Below are positions 1 to 9,867 of a stretch of DNA of 64,000 nucleotides, one piece after another. Where the stretch lies: the sequence record NC_061446.1; one strand, 5' to 3'. Position numbers and translations under genes: made by a program. Below the pieces are notes generated by a model. That model was not told the origin of the DNA. It saw only the letters and a program-made list of their open reading frames with translations, and did no database searches. Each line of letters begins with the position of its first letter. Within the stretch, counting starts at the first letter, position 1.

Positions 1-3000
1 TGCGATTGGCTGTTATACGAAGCAGTACCAGTGATGATAGCGCTCTGAACAGTGCTCACCGTGTTACCGATGATGGTGTTATTGCCTGGGTACGTGAACG
101 CTGTAGTAGAACCAGAGCTACGTGTGATAACAGGCGTCAGGTCGACAGTGGTGTTATCAGAGAACGTCAGACGGAGAATGTAGGTACCAGTCTCACCTTT
201 GTTCACAGCAGCAGGACCAATCAGCTCGCGCTTAGTGATCGTTGCAGCCTGATTGATAAGCGTAATCACTTTCTCAGGAGCGTAGGTCTTACCATCAACG
301 GTAACAGCAGCAGCACGAAGCGTAGCAGTCTGGTTCTGGCTAATCGAGTTAGCAGGTACGGTCAGCTTCACGCGAGTTGAAGTAGAGCCGACAGACATAG
401 TTGCATACGCAGCGCCCTGAGGCAGTGACCACGTTGGCAGAGAGGCATACTCGTTTGTTGCACCCGACAGGCGAGTAACACGAACGAAGTAGTCACCAGA
501 CACAGTGCCCTCAGTGATAGAGTCATCACCGATGATTTCCACTTTCGACACGTCATCAGTTGGACCAACAACGGTGAACTGGACGTTACCGGTCTTCGAT
601 ACGGTACCAACAGTCGCAGCTACGTTGAGCTGGAAGGTCAGAGTGCCGTAGAATCCGCTGAGTGCTTTCTTAGTGCGAATGCGCCAGCCAGTTGTTCCAC
701 CAGCAACGATCTCAAAGTATTCTTGAGCCGCAGTGGAGAGCGTGTAGGACAGCTCACCGCTTGTACCCTCACGAGTAGAAGAATCAGAGAACGTCAGTAC
801 GCTATGCAGGTCACGCGTTACACCAACAGCAGTACCGAAGTCATACACAGGCGATGGCGCTTGTGGCTGAACGGACAGCAGGCTGATAACGATGATGTTC
901 TTAATCAGCACGGACTTCTGAGCGTTACGCCCATCGTAAGTCGCACGAATCAGAACAGTTGTGTCCTGAGTCACTTCACCAGCAGACAGCACACCAGTTT
1001 GTGCGATGCTTGCAATTGCGCTACCCTGAATCACAGACCACGTCGGTGAAGCTACCTGACGGTCAGTACCATCAGAGAGAATTTCCCACGCGGTGTATTG
1101 CGCAGTAGTGTTCTCGTTCATCGAGTCGTTGCCGCGAATCTCCAGCGAGGTCACAGTTGGCGGATTACCAACGATAGACACAGGCAGGGTGGCAGTCTTC
1201 GTGATGCCGTTCTCAGTGTACGAAGCATACAACGTTACGCTGGTGTTAGCGATAGGCACAGCACCAACAACCAACTCTGAGTTGGCAAACGTTGCGTAGT
1301 TCGAAGCCTGCTGCAAACGGAACTCGTTCGGGCTGATCGTTGCAGTGTGTCCATCAGAGTAAGTAGCCAGCACCGTATACGGAGTGGTTGTCTTCTCTTG
1401 AACAGACGACGGGCCGACAATCTTAATGCTCGACAGGTCAACGACAGGCACAACATTCACGATTGTAATATCGAGCGTTGCGGACTTAGTGATGCCGTTC
1501 TCCGTGTACGTTGCAGACAGCTTAACAGGAATGTCCGAAGACACTTTGCCTGCGTTGACAGTCTTGTTCACGATAGTAACGATATCCAGTCGGTCAGCCG
1601 TAAACGTAGTCGGGTCAACCAGCTTGGTATGGCCATCAGAGTAAGTAGCGAGGAACGTATAGTTCGCGCTTTCTTCACTGCGAATAGTGTTCGCACCCTG
1701 AATAGCGAGAGAGGTCAGCGTTACCGCAGCAGTCTCTTTCAGAATAGTAACGTTCTTGTTACCAGTGACGGTCTGATCAGCCGTGATGTACGTCGCAGTC
1801 AGAACGATGTTGCGGTCCTGAGTTGTTTCTTTCTTCGCAGTAACCACGTTGCCACTGATAGTGGTGTAAGTGGTAGGAGCAGCAACGAAAGAGTTCGGCG
1901 TAATCATTTCAGTGTCGCCATTCGACCACGTAATCTTAAACGTGTAGGCTTCACTTTGCTGAGAAGCAATGGTAGAAGAACCAAGCACTTCGAGCAGCGT
2001 GATCAACTGAGCCTTAACAGTGACGTTCTTTGTCGCGCTAAAGGTCAGGCCGTTATACTGATAAGTAGCAGTCAGTTTGACCACGGTATCAGTAGAGACT
2101 TTCTTCGCAGTACCCTGCAGGCCAACGAGAGACAGAGCGTTCGCGTTATCCACCGTGAAGTTCGACGGCATGATAGTTGCGACGTTACCTGACTTGTAGC
2201 GAGCAGTCACGGTATAGGTCTCTTTCTGCTTATAGACCAGCGTGTCAGCACCAACGATGGAGATAGATACCAGCTCGTCGTCAGGGATGAATGCGTTCTT
2301 GATCAGCAGGTCGTAGGTAGCAGTTACCCAGTTGCCGTAAACAGGGTCACGCTTACGTGCCGTGACTTTCAGCACAACGTCGGCAGCGAGGTCAGGCGCA
2401 GACACTGTACCGTCCTGAGTGATAGTCACACCGATAACGTTCTCTTCGATGGACCATTCAACGCCAGTAGGGTTGTGCTCAATGCTGTTTGACCACTCAG
2501 CGTCGATGTTCAGTTTGACGCTACTGTTATCCGACATGTAGCTCGCGTTGCCTGGCAGGCTAATGCGCAAGTTAATCAGGTGAGGTGATTCCCACTCGAC
2601 GTTATCGGCGTTGGGCTTGACCCACTTACCGATATACTTGTTCGGGTTAACAGGGTCCTGATCGACAATCGCCAGAACATACCCAGGTTGCGGTTCGTTA
2701 GAGCTTGCGACTTCAACGAATGCAGTGGAGTTCAGGCGAATCATGGTACGCGCGTAATCAGGATGATCGTGATTAGTTGGGTAACGCGCATCGGCCATAC
2801 GTGGGTCAGAACTCGACACAGCGATAGGCATATCAGGGTCAGTCGGCTCAGTCTTAGTAACAACGCTACCAAGACGGCTGGTGGTCGCATGAGCGATTTC
2901 CAGATCACCTACTTCAATACCCAGATCAGCAGCGTTCTCCACAACGAAACGGAAGAACTGTTTCTGAGCAAACAACTGCGCGTAGTCAGTCACGGTTACC

Positions 3001-3275
3001 CATGAGCCACGGTGATTGCCGTCAGATACAGCAGAGGTACGACGCAGCACATACTGATACTGTGGGCTACCAGTGTTTGCGTCAATCCAAATCAGGTTGT
3101 ACGGCTTCTCAGAAAACGATGGCTCAGTCAGAGACACAACAACCTGATGCACTTCCGTTTGATCGTTCGCGTTAGGACGGAACAAGAAAGTGATTGGGTT
3201 ACGTGGCGTCAGACCGCGAGTACGAGCCAGAGCGATATACTGTTTAGCAAAGCCGTCGATCGTGGTTACGCTCAT
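1..3275 (-). CDS. Large Ig-like repeat virion fibre protein, runs off the left edge (>1091 aa; absent from the ORF track)
   Basis: ATG at 3275 overlaps the TGA of the upstream gene (ATGA). Hand translation begins MSVTTIDGFAKQYIALARTRG. It reads in frame at both ends and at the internal stretches I translated, ending ...ASYNSQS at the edge. Repeated ~90-aa Thr/Val-rich units (L.SI.I.G...Y.V.A.YSDG ... V.LTATY..NG). Confidence 0.85.
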   Translation of the reverse strand, partial: MSVTTIDGFAKQYIALARTRGLTPRNPITFLFRPNANDQTEVHQVVVSLTEPSFSEKPYNLIWIDANTGSPQYQYVLRRTSAVSDGNHRGSWVTVTDYAQLFAQKQFFRFVVENAADLGIEVGDLEIAHATTSRLGSVVTKTEPTDPDMPIAVSSSDPRMADARYPTNHDHPDYARTMIRLNSTAFVEVASSNEPQPGYVLAIVDQDPVNPNKYIGKWVKPNADNVEWESPHLINLRISLPGNASYMSDNSSVKLNIDAEWSNSIEHNPTGVEWSIEENVIGVTITQDGTVSAPDLAADVVLKVTARKRDPVYGNWVTATYDLLIKNAFIPDDELVSISIVGADTLVYKQKETYTVTARYKSGNVATIMPSNFTVDNANALSLVGLQGTAKKVSTDTVVKLTATYQYNGLTFSATKNVTVKAQLITLLEVLGSSTIASQQSEAYTFKITWSNGDTEMITPNSFVAAPTTYTTISGNVVTAKKETTQDRNIVLTATYITADQTVTGNKNVTILKETAAVTLTSLAIQGANTIRSEESANYTFLATYSDGHTKLVDPTTFTADRLDIVTIVNKTVNAGKVSSDIPVKLSATYTENGITKSATLDITIVNVVPVVDLSSIKIVGPSSVQEKTTTPYTVLATYSDGHTATISPNEFRLQQASNYATFANSELVVGAVPIANTSVTLYASYTENGITKTATLPVSIVGNPPTVTSLEIRGNDSMNENTTAQYTAWEILSDGTDRQVASPTWSVIQGSAIASIAQTGVLSAGEVTQDTTVLIRATYDGRNAQKSVLIKNIIVISLLSVQPQAPSPVYDFGTAVGVTRDLHSVLTFSDSSTREGTSGELSYTLSTAAQEYFEIVAGGTTGWRIRTKKALSGFYGTLTFQLNVAATVGTVSKTGNVQFTVVGPTDDVSKVEIIGDDSITEGTVSGDYFVRVTRLSGATNEYASLPTWSLPQGAAYATMSVGSTSTRVKLTVPANSISQNQTATLRAAAVTVDGKTYAPEKVITLINQAATITKRELIGPAAVNKGETGTYILRLTFSDNTTVDLTPVITRSSGSTTAFTYPGNNTIIGNTVSTVQSAIITGTASYNSQS
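1201..1649. repeat. DNA-level remnants of Ig-unit duplication
   Basis: CCATCAGAGTAAGTAGC is exact at 1351-1367 and 1633-1649; GTGATGCCGTTCTC is exact at 1201-1214 and 1489-1502. Confidence 0.8.
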
Positions 3276-3904
3276 TCATTATTCTCCAGAATGTCGGTCG
3301 CAATCAGATGGCCGTATGATGCTTTCACGGACGTATCAGCGATGAAGGTAGAACCATTGTCACCTACGTTTGCGTCCATGTTCACTTTGTCCTGCACGGT
3401 CTTCACTTCGACCAGAGGCTTCTCGGCGTGCATTTCATCGTGAGGCAGTGGTGTGCGCTTATCGGTGTTACGTGGGTCAGAGACAGATACGAACGTAGGA
3501 CGACCGACAGTAGCAGGCTCAGTGGTCAGGCGAGCAATACCGTATTCGTCAACAGACGCGTTAGGAATATCGCTACCACCACTAATGTCAGCAGGATCAT
3601 AATACTGCGGAGCCCACAGAGAGTTGAAGTTTTTCACTTCTTCCCACGTATTTTTGTAGCCACCAGCAGGCTCTTTGGATTTACGTGCAAGGAACTTGCG
3701 ATAGAACGCGCTGTTCACATCCATGCAAAGCCACACAACGTTCATCGGAAGCACAACGCCAACAGGCTCGGCTGAGGCGGTGATGAACGTACAACTGATG
3801 TTGAGTGTCGGGTTAATCTGACGAACGATTTGGTCTTTCGACGTATCATCCATAAAGCCCGTAACAGCCAACAGAGCAGCAGCGATTTCATTCAGTGTAG
3901 TCAT
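3272..3904 (-). CDS. Putative fibre protein, paralog 2 of trio
   Basis: Start moved to ATG 3904 (MTTLNE, GGAG upstream). Shares P.N..W....S..Y...L.R, W..V and A(S/T)...G...L motifs with its neighbours. Confidence 0.7.
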   Translation of the reverse strand: MTTLNEIAAALLAVTGFMDDTSKDQIVRQINPTLNISCTFITASAEPVGVVLPMNVVWLCMDVNSAFYRKFLARKSKEPAGGYKNTWEEVKNFNSLWAPQYYDPADISGGSDIPNASVDEYGIARLTTEPATVGRPTFVSVSDPRNTDKRTPLPHDEMHAEKPLVEVKTVQDKVNMDANVGDNGSTFIADTSVKASYGHLIATDILENNE

Positions 3905-3914
3905 AACCGCTCCG

Positions 3915-4553
3915 TTAGTCAGTAGGTTGGCCGAGTTCAGATTCACGTACCTTACGCCATTGAAGCGTATTGTCTTCAAGTACCATAACCTGATTCACAG
4001 CAGGAACCAGCTGGTCTTTGATAGGCACATGTTCTTCGCCGTAGCTACCGTTGATGGAGATCATAGTAGCAGGCTTCTCAGGGTGCGTGTGGTCTTTCGG
4101 GTCACGATTGTTAGACAACGTTTCATCACCCTCAAGCACAACGCGCGACTCGGCCTCTGGGTACGACAGATAGCCGATACCACGAGTAATAGAAGTCGCA
4201 AGCGGAGGCAGAGTTTGGTTGATGATTTTCAGATCGTTCGGGTCATACGTCTGTTCTCCCATGGCATCGTCATAGAAGTACAGCGCAGTCCAAACGTCTT
4301 TGTACGGGTCAGCCAGATCTTTCGTCGTGCGCTTGAACGCAGTGCGGAAAGTAGGCGACTCAGGGTCGTAGTCAATCCAGATCGCATTGATCGGAAGGAC
4401 GACATAACGTGGAACTGCATACGAGCAGTAGAACAACAGACCTAACTGCGAACCATCTTTGGGAAGACGGAACATGATTGGGTTTTTGTTCTGCTGGTGG
4501 ATATTCGTAAGCAACTCAACGTTACTGATGAACTGTTCAAGTTTCAGTTCCAT
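3915..4553 (-). CDS. Putative fibre protein, paralog 1 of trio
   Basis: 212-aa ORF; LPINAIWIDYDPESPTF, ATSITRGIGYL and RDPKDHTHP motifs are shared with the two downstream genes. Confidence 0.7.
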   Translation of the reverse strand: MELKLEQFISNVELLTNIHQQNKNPIMFRLPKDGSQLGLLFYCSYAVPRYVVLPINAIWIDYDPESPTFRTAFKRTTKDLADPYKDVWTALYFYDDAMGEQTYDPNDLKIINQTLPPLATSITRGIGYLSYPEAESRVVLEGDETLSNNRDPKDHTHPEKPATMISINGSYGEEHVPIKDQLVPAVNQVMVLEDNTLQWRKVRESELGQPTD

Positions 4554-4584
4554 TGTGTTCTCCGTTTACCAGAAGCGGTGGTTA

Positions 4585-4591
4585 AAATTAT
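4585..4591 (-). promoter_or_regulatory. Class 2 motif ATAATTT
   Basis: Upstream of the fibre trio; overlaps a stop codon. Confidence 0.4.
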
Positions 4592-5283
4592 ACAGGGTCG
4601 CCTGACTTAGGACTGGTAGAACCGTATTTAATACGGAACACATAGTCCAGGCTATCGAACGGGAAGTCATTGCGATAGACAACATAATCAAAGCCACCGA
4701 GACTGACTTCCGCTGCTCCTTGGAAGTTGAAGTCATTGAACTCCATAGCTCCATCCCATGAGCCAGAGAATCCCTGCGCTGTCTCTTGAAAATATCCATA
4801 GAGTAAACGCTTTGGCCATGCGACATAGAAGAAGCGGTTGTTATCAGACGTAGATTCGTTCGGTGGGCAAGTGATTGTTTGAGGACTCGATTCACCGAGA
4901 ATAGTAGTCAGAGAACGGAAGAATGTATCGTTGTAGTCTTGAATCGACAACACTTTATCGTGTATGCCAAAGCGAGGACCATATTCACCACTGAACGGCA
5001 CAGACACCCTAACTTTGTTCGACGTAGCATTGAGAGTGGTGCTGACGTTATATGCCTTAGCCACAAGGTCATGCTCGCCTGTATCAAAAGGCAGAGTGAA
5101 GTCGAAATATGCAGTCGTTCCAGAAGTAGGCAGGTCAAGTTTCTTGAGCACTGTACCCGCTGCATTCTCAATCTGGAGTGTACCACGCAAAGGCGGATTA
5201 TCCATTGCGACTAAGAATCGCAGTTCTTTGTTACGCAGCGAGAAGCAGTATTCCAAGTTACCTTGAATGGTCAAAGTAAGCAT
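4588..5283 (-). CDS. Hypothetical protein, probably virion-associated
   Basis: 231-aa beta-rich ORF between the sheath and fibre genes. Confidence 0.6.
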   Translation of the reverse strand: MLTLTIQGNLEYCFSLRNKELRFLVAMDNPPLRGTLQIENAAGTVLKKLDLPTSGTTAYFDFTLPFDTGEHDLVAKAYNVSTTLNATSNKVRVSVPFSGEYGPRFGIHDKVLSIQDYNDTFFRSLTTILGESSPQTITCPPNESTSDNNRFFYVAWPKRLLYGYFQETAQGFSGSWDGAMEFNDFNFQGAAEVSLGGFDYVVYRNDFPFDSLDYVFRIKYGSTSPKSGDPV

Positions 5284-5299
5284 AGAACCTCACAATACG

Positions 5300-5325
5300 A
5301 AAAAAGGAGGACCGAAGCCCTCCTC
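5300..5325 (-). terminator. Intrinsic terminator after the sheath gene
   Basis: GC stem with TTCG loop, then TTTTTT. Confidence 0.75.
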
Positions 5326-5330
5326 ATTGA

Positions 5331-7007
5331 TTACTGACTCAGAGTTGTGGAGGTACTGCCTGTCGGGTTGATGTTGAAACGATAGATCAGACGCTTCGTA
5401 GTACGCGTCGGGTCCAACACGATATCCAGAATCAGGTCGCCATTAGCGATAGTCTGGTTGGTGTTGTTGTTCTCGTCACAGACAACCTGATAGCCCTGAG
5501 AACCGGAGCTACCGCTACGCAGACCACGTGCCAGTTTGATTTCTTCGAGGAACTTCTCGACGATACCTTTCAGATAGCCACGCAGGATGCTATCGTTCGG
5601 GTCAAACAGGCCAACGCGGCAGGTGCGCTGACAGACTTCAAGCACGTAGCCCACCATACGCTGAATCTGAATCTGCTGGAAAGCAGAGTTCTGATTGTAC
5701 TGAGTGCTCGCTTCCCACACCGCATAGCCACCGCCCATAATATCAGGCAGCTTACGGATGTAGTTGACTTGCTCACGCGTCATTGCATCACGGTCATCCT
5801 GATCATACTTCTGAGCGATAGCATGGAAGTCGAGAGGACCAGATGCAGTGATACCAGCAGGTGCGAACCAGCTACCACGGTTGTTATCCGTGTAAGCAAA
5901 CACAGCACAGATCTGACCAACACACGCAGTCCACAGATAGCGGCCGGTGTCTTCGTCGAAGATCTTAATGTCAGGCGTATACAGAGCCATGTTGGTATCG
6001 TTGACGTTCAACGTCTGACGGCGATAACGAATCGCTTTCGACACAGACTGCTCGGACGACGGGATGCCGCAGATAACGAAACAGTTAACGTGCGCAGCAG
6101 CAGCGGCCTTCATACCACGGTGAATGATGTAATCCTGAGTAGGACTAATCAGCAGCGTCACACGAACTTCTTCCGGATCACCGAAGTATTCCTGATATGC
6201 TTTCGCAAAGTCATCAGAAGTACAGGTGTCACCGTCAGCACCGCCCTGGAAGAAGATGAAGTCGGTGGTAAAGAAGTCGATATCGGTGGTGAAGTACGGG
6301 TTGCGAACGAAGCGGAAGTTGGAGCTTTCGTTTTCCATCGCGTGATCGATACGATACTGGCGGTCGAACTCATCCGCATAATCGTACAGGCTGCACTGGT
6401 AAGAGTTTACCGGGTTGCTGCCATTCTGATAGTTCTCGTACTCGTCGATATAAAACAGCTTCGTGTTATACGACTTGCGGTCGTCAAACGGGTCGAGACC
6501 CTTAGGACAGGCCGGACGAATCTGCAACGCCATCTGGTTGTTCCAGTCACCTGGGTTTTCCAGAATAACGTAACCGATGATGTTATCGTTCAACGGGTCA
6601 GTAGGCAGGAAGCCCAGCTGATCAGGAGAATCTACACCGACGATGTTACCATCTTGGTCGGTGTATGGAGTGATACGCACTACAGGCTGAACAGCAGACG
6701 CGTCATCGACAGTAACCACACCGACCGCGTATTTTGCGTTCTTAGTGATACGGACGAATTTGAGCTGGTTAGTCTGTTTAGCAACAGGCAGCGCGAGATA
6801 CAGGCCGAGGCCATACTTGGGATCTTTTGCACCGAAGATGTTTTTCAAATCATCTTTATTACGCACATCAACACGCTGGTTTACAGGGCCGCGACGAGCC
6901 TGACCAACAATGCCTACTACTGCCGTAGATAAAGACGTTGCACCAACGGAGAGATCCCGTACACCAGTATAAACACCAGCAGAGGAATGCGTTGAGTTAA
7001 CGGGCAT
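5331..7007 (-). CDS. Contractile tail sheath protein
   Basis: Start moved to ATG 7007 (MPVNSTHSSAGVYT) after AAGGAG. N-terminal GIVGQARRGPVN and C-terminal SWFAPAG, QIQRMV, VVCDENNNT motifs are typical of T4 gp18-like sheaths. Confidence 0.92.
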   Translation of the reverse strand: MPVNSTHSSAGVYTGVRDLSVGATSLSTAVVGIVGQARRGPVNQRVDVRNKDDLKNIFGAKDPKYGLGLYLALPVAKQTNQLKFVRITKNAKYAVGVVTVDDASAVQPVVRITPYTDQDGNIVGVDSPDQLGFLPTDPLNDNIIGYVILENPGDWNNQMALQIRPACPKGLDPFDDRKSYNTKLFYIDEYENYQNGSNPVNSYQCSLYDYADEFDRQYRIDHAMENESSNFRFVRNPYFTTDIDFFTTDFIFFQGGADGDTCTSDDFAKAYQEYFGDPEEVRVTLLISPTQDYIIHRGMKAAAAAHVNCFVICGIPSSEQSVSKAIRYRRQTLNVNDTNMALYTPDIKIFDEDTGRYLWTACVGQICAVFAYTDNNRGSWFAPAGITASGPLDFHAIAQKYDQDDRDAMTREQVNYIRKLPDIMGGGYAVWEASTQYNQNSAFQQIQIQRMVGYVLEVCQRTCRVGLFDPNDSILRGYLKGIVEKFLEEIKLARGLRSGSSGSQGYQVVCDENNNTNQTIANGDLILDIVLDPTRTTKRLIYRFNINPTGSTSTTLSQ

Positions 7008-7033
7008 GATTTGTCTCCTTATATGACTGTCTG

Positions 7034-7040
7034 AAATTAT
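7034..7040 (-). promoter_or_regulatory. Class 2 motif ATAATTT
   Basis: Between a terminator and the sheath RBS. Confidence 0.55.
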
Positions 7041-7061
7041 CGTATAAGAGACTAGAAACGC

Positions 7062-7088
7062 AAAAGGGGCAGCCGAAGCCACCCCTTT
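7062..7088 (-). terminator. Intrinsic terminator (conserved GGGGTGGC-TTCG-GCTGCCCC type)
   Basis: Hairpin plus T-run after the DHH gene. Confidence 0.8.
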
Positions 7089-7091
7089 GTT

Positions 7092-8177
7092 TTAACAATC
7101 GCAACCTACGGAATCGAAGTCCAGTTTCAGTCCCGGATAGAGTTCATTGAACTCCGTCAGAGGCATATTGAAACCTGCGGCACTTGGATGCCCGTCGCCA
7201 CCACGAGTACGTGCAATGTAGCGAGCACTGCCTTTGTGGCCTTCCGGATATCCCTGCGAACGACAGCTAACATATACACGGTCCGGGTCACGATGACCTT
7301 TACGCACCAGCAGCACTGTTTGAAAGTGCGGATAGTTTTCGTAGACGTGTGCGCCAGTCTCAGACGCGATGTTCTTATCGCAAGGCACAACTGCGTGTTT
7401 AACACCGACCAGCGCGTTAGGCTCAGAGAAGTTGCTGTTTTCGTCAATCATGTGGCGAATCTTCGCGTCACGATCAGCGATTGCAGCCTCTCCCTGTTTG
7501 ATAATCTGCTCAATATCACCAGACAGGATAATCTTATATGCCTTACGCACGGTCGGAGGCATATCGGTGTAGATGATACCACACTTCTCAACGTCGCTAA
7601 ACACTTCCTTAGAGTAACCTTCGTAGAAAGCGAATGCACGTTTGTTGGTACGAATCCACAGATCGCGGTCAGACACCAGTTGGGCGCAGCGGATGATGTT
7701 GCCTGTGCAGGAGTATTGATGCTGCTGGAACTCACCGACATGCGCCATGTAGGCAAGCAGTGCGCCGCTACCGCCGGCAGCAAACGTCAGAGACACAGGA
7801 GAAACGTCGAGCGCAGCACATTCGGCAGCATACTTCTCTTGGTCACGAACATCGTGGTGGTCGAGAACTTTAAACCCACCAGCGCCGAAGCGTTTAGTGA
7901 AGATAGCCATCTGCTTTTCAGTCAGAGAGAAATCAACTACGACAACGCGGGTGTAACCTTTGGGATCTTTGATGAACTCACCTTTATCATCCTTGATGCC
8001 CTCAAGACCAGGCAGGTCTTGCAACAGTACACCGTTAGCGTCAACAATATCGCCTTGGTTTTCTGCATAGACAGCAGGATAGAAGTGAAGCGTATCATTG
8101 GGATACGCGAGTGCTGTGATGGCCGCAGCGAAACTGCCATCAGCACATCCTTGATGATAGACAACAAGTGTAGTCAT
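7092..8177 (-). CDS. DHH/DHHA1-family phosphoesterase
   Basis: YHQGCADG, VVVDFS, LDHH and C-terminal GGDGHPSAAGF motifs. Confidence 0.85.
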   Translation of the reverse strand: MTTLVVYHQGCADGSFAAAITALAYPNDTLHFYPAVYAENQGDIVDANGVLLQDLPGLEGIKDDKGEFIKDPKGYTRVVVVDFSLTEKQMAIFTKRFGAGGFKVLDHHDVRDQEKYAAECAALDVSPVSLTFAAGGSGALLAYMAHVGEFQQHQYSCTGNIIRCAQLVSDRDLWIRTNKRAFAFYEGYSKEVFSDVEKCGIIYTDMPPTVRKAYKIILSGDIEQIIKQGEAAIADRDAKIRHMIDENSNFSEPNALVGVKHAVVPCDKNIASETGAHVYENYPHFQTVLLVRKGHRDPDRVYVSCRSQGYPEGHKGSARYIARTRGGDGHPSAAGFNMPLTEFNELYPGLKLDFDSVGCDC

Positions 8178-8179
8178 GA

Positions 8180-9046
8180 CTAAACCCAGTGGTTGTTAGA
8201 ATTGTTTCCAGTTTGGGCAGCGCGAGCATGTGCAACCATCTGGCGCAAGCCCTCCAGCGTCCGTTCTAAGTGATCGCGATAGTGTTCGTCGGCAATGTTC
8301 ACACCGTGATGGAATGCTACAGTAAACAATTGCCATTCATTCGATTGGCGCAGTGCTTCCATTTTACGGTAAAGAATTTCACGACGCTCGCGGGCACGTA
8401 ACAAACGCTGAATTAAATTAAGTGGATCGTGAGATTTTGAAGCAAGTTCAATGTGAATTGCATCTAAACCCTCATAGTCCAAACGAGCCAAAGCCAGCTT
8501 TGCGTTCAGGAACAATTCGCGGCGCCGAAGCTGTTCTTCCTGAGGCATACTACGGCACTTATCCGGGTGCGTCATACGTGCAATGGCTTTGTAGATTGCC
8601 TTACACTTCTTAGCGAGGACGGCACGGGACCACTTCTCATGATCTGCCTGCTGGTCTGCATCACCTTCGTTATCACGCACTTCGTGGTCAGTGTCTTCCT
8701 CGAAGTTATCATCCACCAGCTTCTGCAAGTCTTCTGCATTCGCTTTGTCTTCGAGGTCATCGGACTCGGACATGTTGATAATGATGGACTGGAGTTCAGC
8801 GTTGAGACGCTCAATCTCCATAATAATCGGCTTGTTGTTTTTGTTCAGCTTGTCGATTACTTTGGTAACGCGTTCACAATCAGCACTGTAGCGTAGTTCG
8901 AGTGCGGCTACTTCTTCGAGGACTTCTTCAAGCGTTTCGCCGCCTTCCTCTCCAAGCTGATCCAGTTGTTGTTCATCCGCCAATTCGGTAGACGAGGCCA
9001 ACAGTGCTGGAAGTTGAGGGATAACCATCAACTGAGTATTTGTCAT
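8180..9046 (-). CDS. J-domain (DnaJ-like) co-chaperone protein
   Basis: KAIYKAIARMTHPDK contains the HPD signature, after an acidic coiled-coil N-terminus. Confidence 0.75.
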   Translation of the reverse strand: MTNTQLMVIPQLPALLASSTELADEQQLDQLGEEGGETLEEVLEEVAALELRYSADCERVTKVIDKLNKNNKPIIMEIERLNAELQSIIINMSESDDLEDKANAEDLQKLVDDNFEEDTDHEVRDNEGDADQQADHEKWSRAVLAKKCKAIYKAIARMTHPDKCRSMPQEEQLRRRELFLNAKLALARLDYEGLDAIHIELASKSHDPLNLIQRLLRARERREILYRKMEALRQSNEWQLFTVAFHHGVNIADEHYRDHLERTLEGLRQMVAHARAAQTGNNSNNHWV

Positions 9047-9237
9047 GGGCGAGTCAGCTCCGAGATTGGTTTAGCCACCAGCTCTGCAATGCGCGGCGGG
9101 CACTGAGGGTTGCGTTTTAAGTTCTTGTGCAACCACTGCAAGTTGTTACCAGACGAGGACACCTCAGCACGGAAGCTAGGCAGTTTAAGCTCGTCACGGT
9201 GTTTGGCCAGCAGCGCATTCAGTTCATTCAGCAACAT
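9043..9237 (-). CDS. Small hypothetical protein
   Basis: 64-aa ORF with AGGA RBS and a 4-nt overlap with the next gene. Confidence 0.65.
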   Translation of the reverse strand: MLLNELNALLAKHRDELKLPSFRAEVSSSGNNLQWLHKNLKRNPQCPPRIAELVAKPISELTRP

Positions 9238-9246
9238 TGTTTTTCC

Positions 9247-9867
9247 TTAAAGAGAAGAAGTCATCAGTTCGAGAACATTTGAAACCACATGCGCAGGACC
9301 GATAGAGATGCCGGTGTGCGCTTGCAGATGAATACGTTTCGTAAACAGTTCGAGCGGGTCAGGCCCGCCGCCTGTCACTACGATGCGAGGTATCTTTGGG
9401 AACATCTCAAGGATGTCACGCAGTCGTTCAATCTTATAGCTGGTGCTGTCCATCGTTACGTTGGTCAACACTAACAACGACGGTCGCTTGCTTTTGAGTT
9501 GTTCATAGTCGAAGCGATCACCATACAACGTTACCCAGCGAGGCTTGAGCGCTGTCTCTGCGCTGTCTTCTACCGCAGCGTTAAAGATATTCAGCGCTGC
9601 CATTTTCGCTCGGTAGTCATTCGGGAAACTGCTAATCACCGTGATGCGTGGATCAGTCTCGAATGGATTCTGAATCATCTTAGCAAGGTGAGTAAGTTGT
9701 TTGGTCTTTGATACAACACGACCCTTGAAGTAAGGCGACAGGGGTTTGTAGTCTTGCGCTGCCTCTACCACATCAAAGTTCTCGCGCTTGCCAAACAGGA
9801 GCTGGGGGTCTACACCCAGCGTCTGCATTTGCTTTGCCACAGCAGGTTCAAAATCGAATGTTAACAC
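9247..9867 (-). CDS. Hypothetical protein, possibly a degenerate DnaC/IstB-like AAA+ fold
   Basis: GTG start with GGAGG RBS; ITVISSFPNDYRAK, SLLVLTNV and PRIVVT fall where P-loop, Walker B and sensor strands would lie. Confidence 0.45.
   Translation of the reverse strand: MLTFDFEPAVAKQMQTLGVDPQLLFGKRENFDVVEAAQDYKPLSPYFKGRVVSKTKQLTHLAKMIQNPFETDPRITVISSFPNDYRAKMAALNIFNAAVEDSAETALKPRWVTLYGDRFDYEQLKSKRPSLLVLTNVTMDSTSYKIERLRDILEMFPKIPRIVVTGGGPDPLELFTKRIHLQAHTGISIGPAHVVSNVLELMTSSL

Noticed and set aside
6-3443. Many plus-strand and short ORFs over the first 3.3 kb
   Set aside because: They are shadows of the long minus-strand Ig-repeat ORF, which the track missed because its stop lies outside the window.
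4588-5283. Tail tube gene, expected right after the sheath
   Set aside because: A terminator intervenes and I see no tube-like motifs; left as hypothetical.
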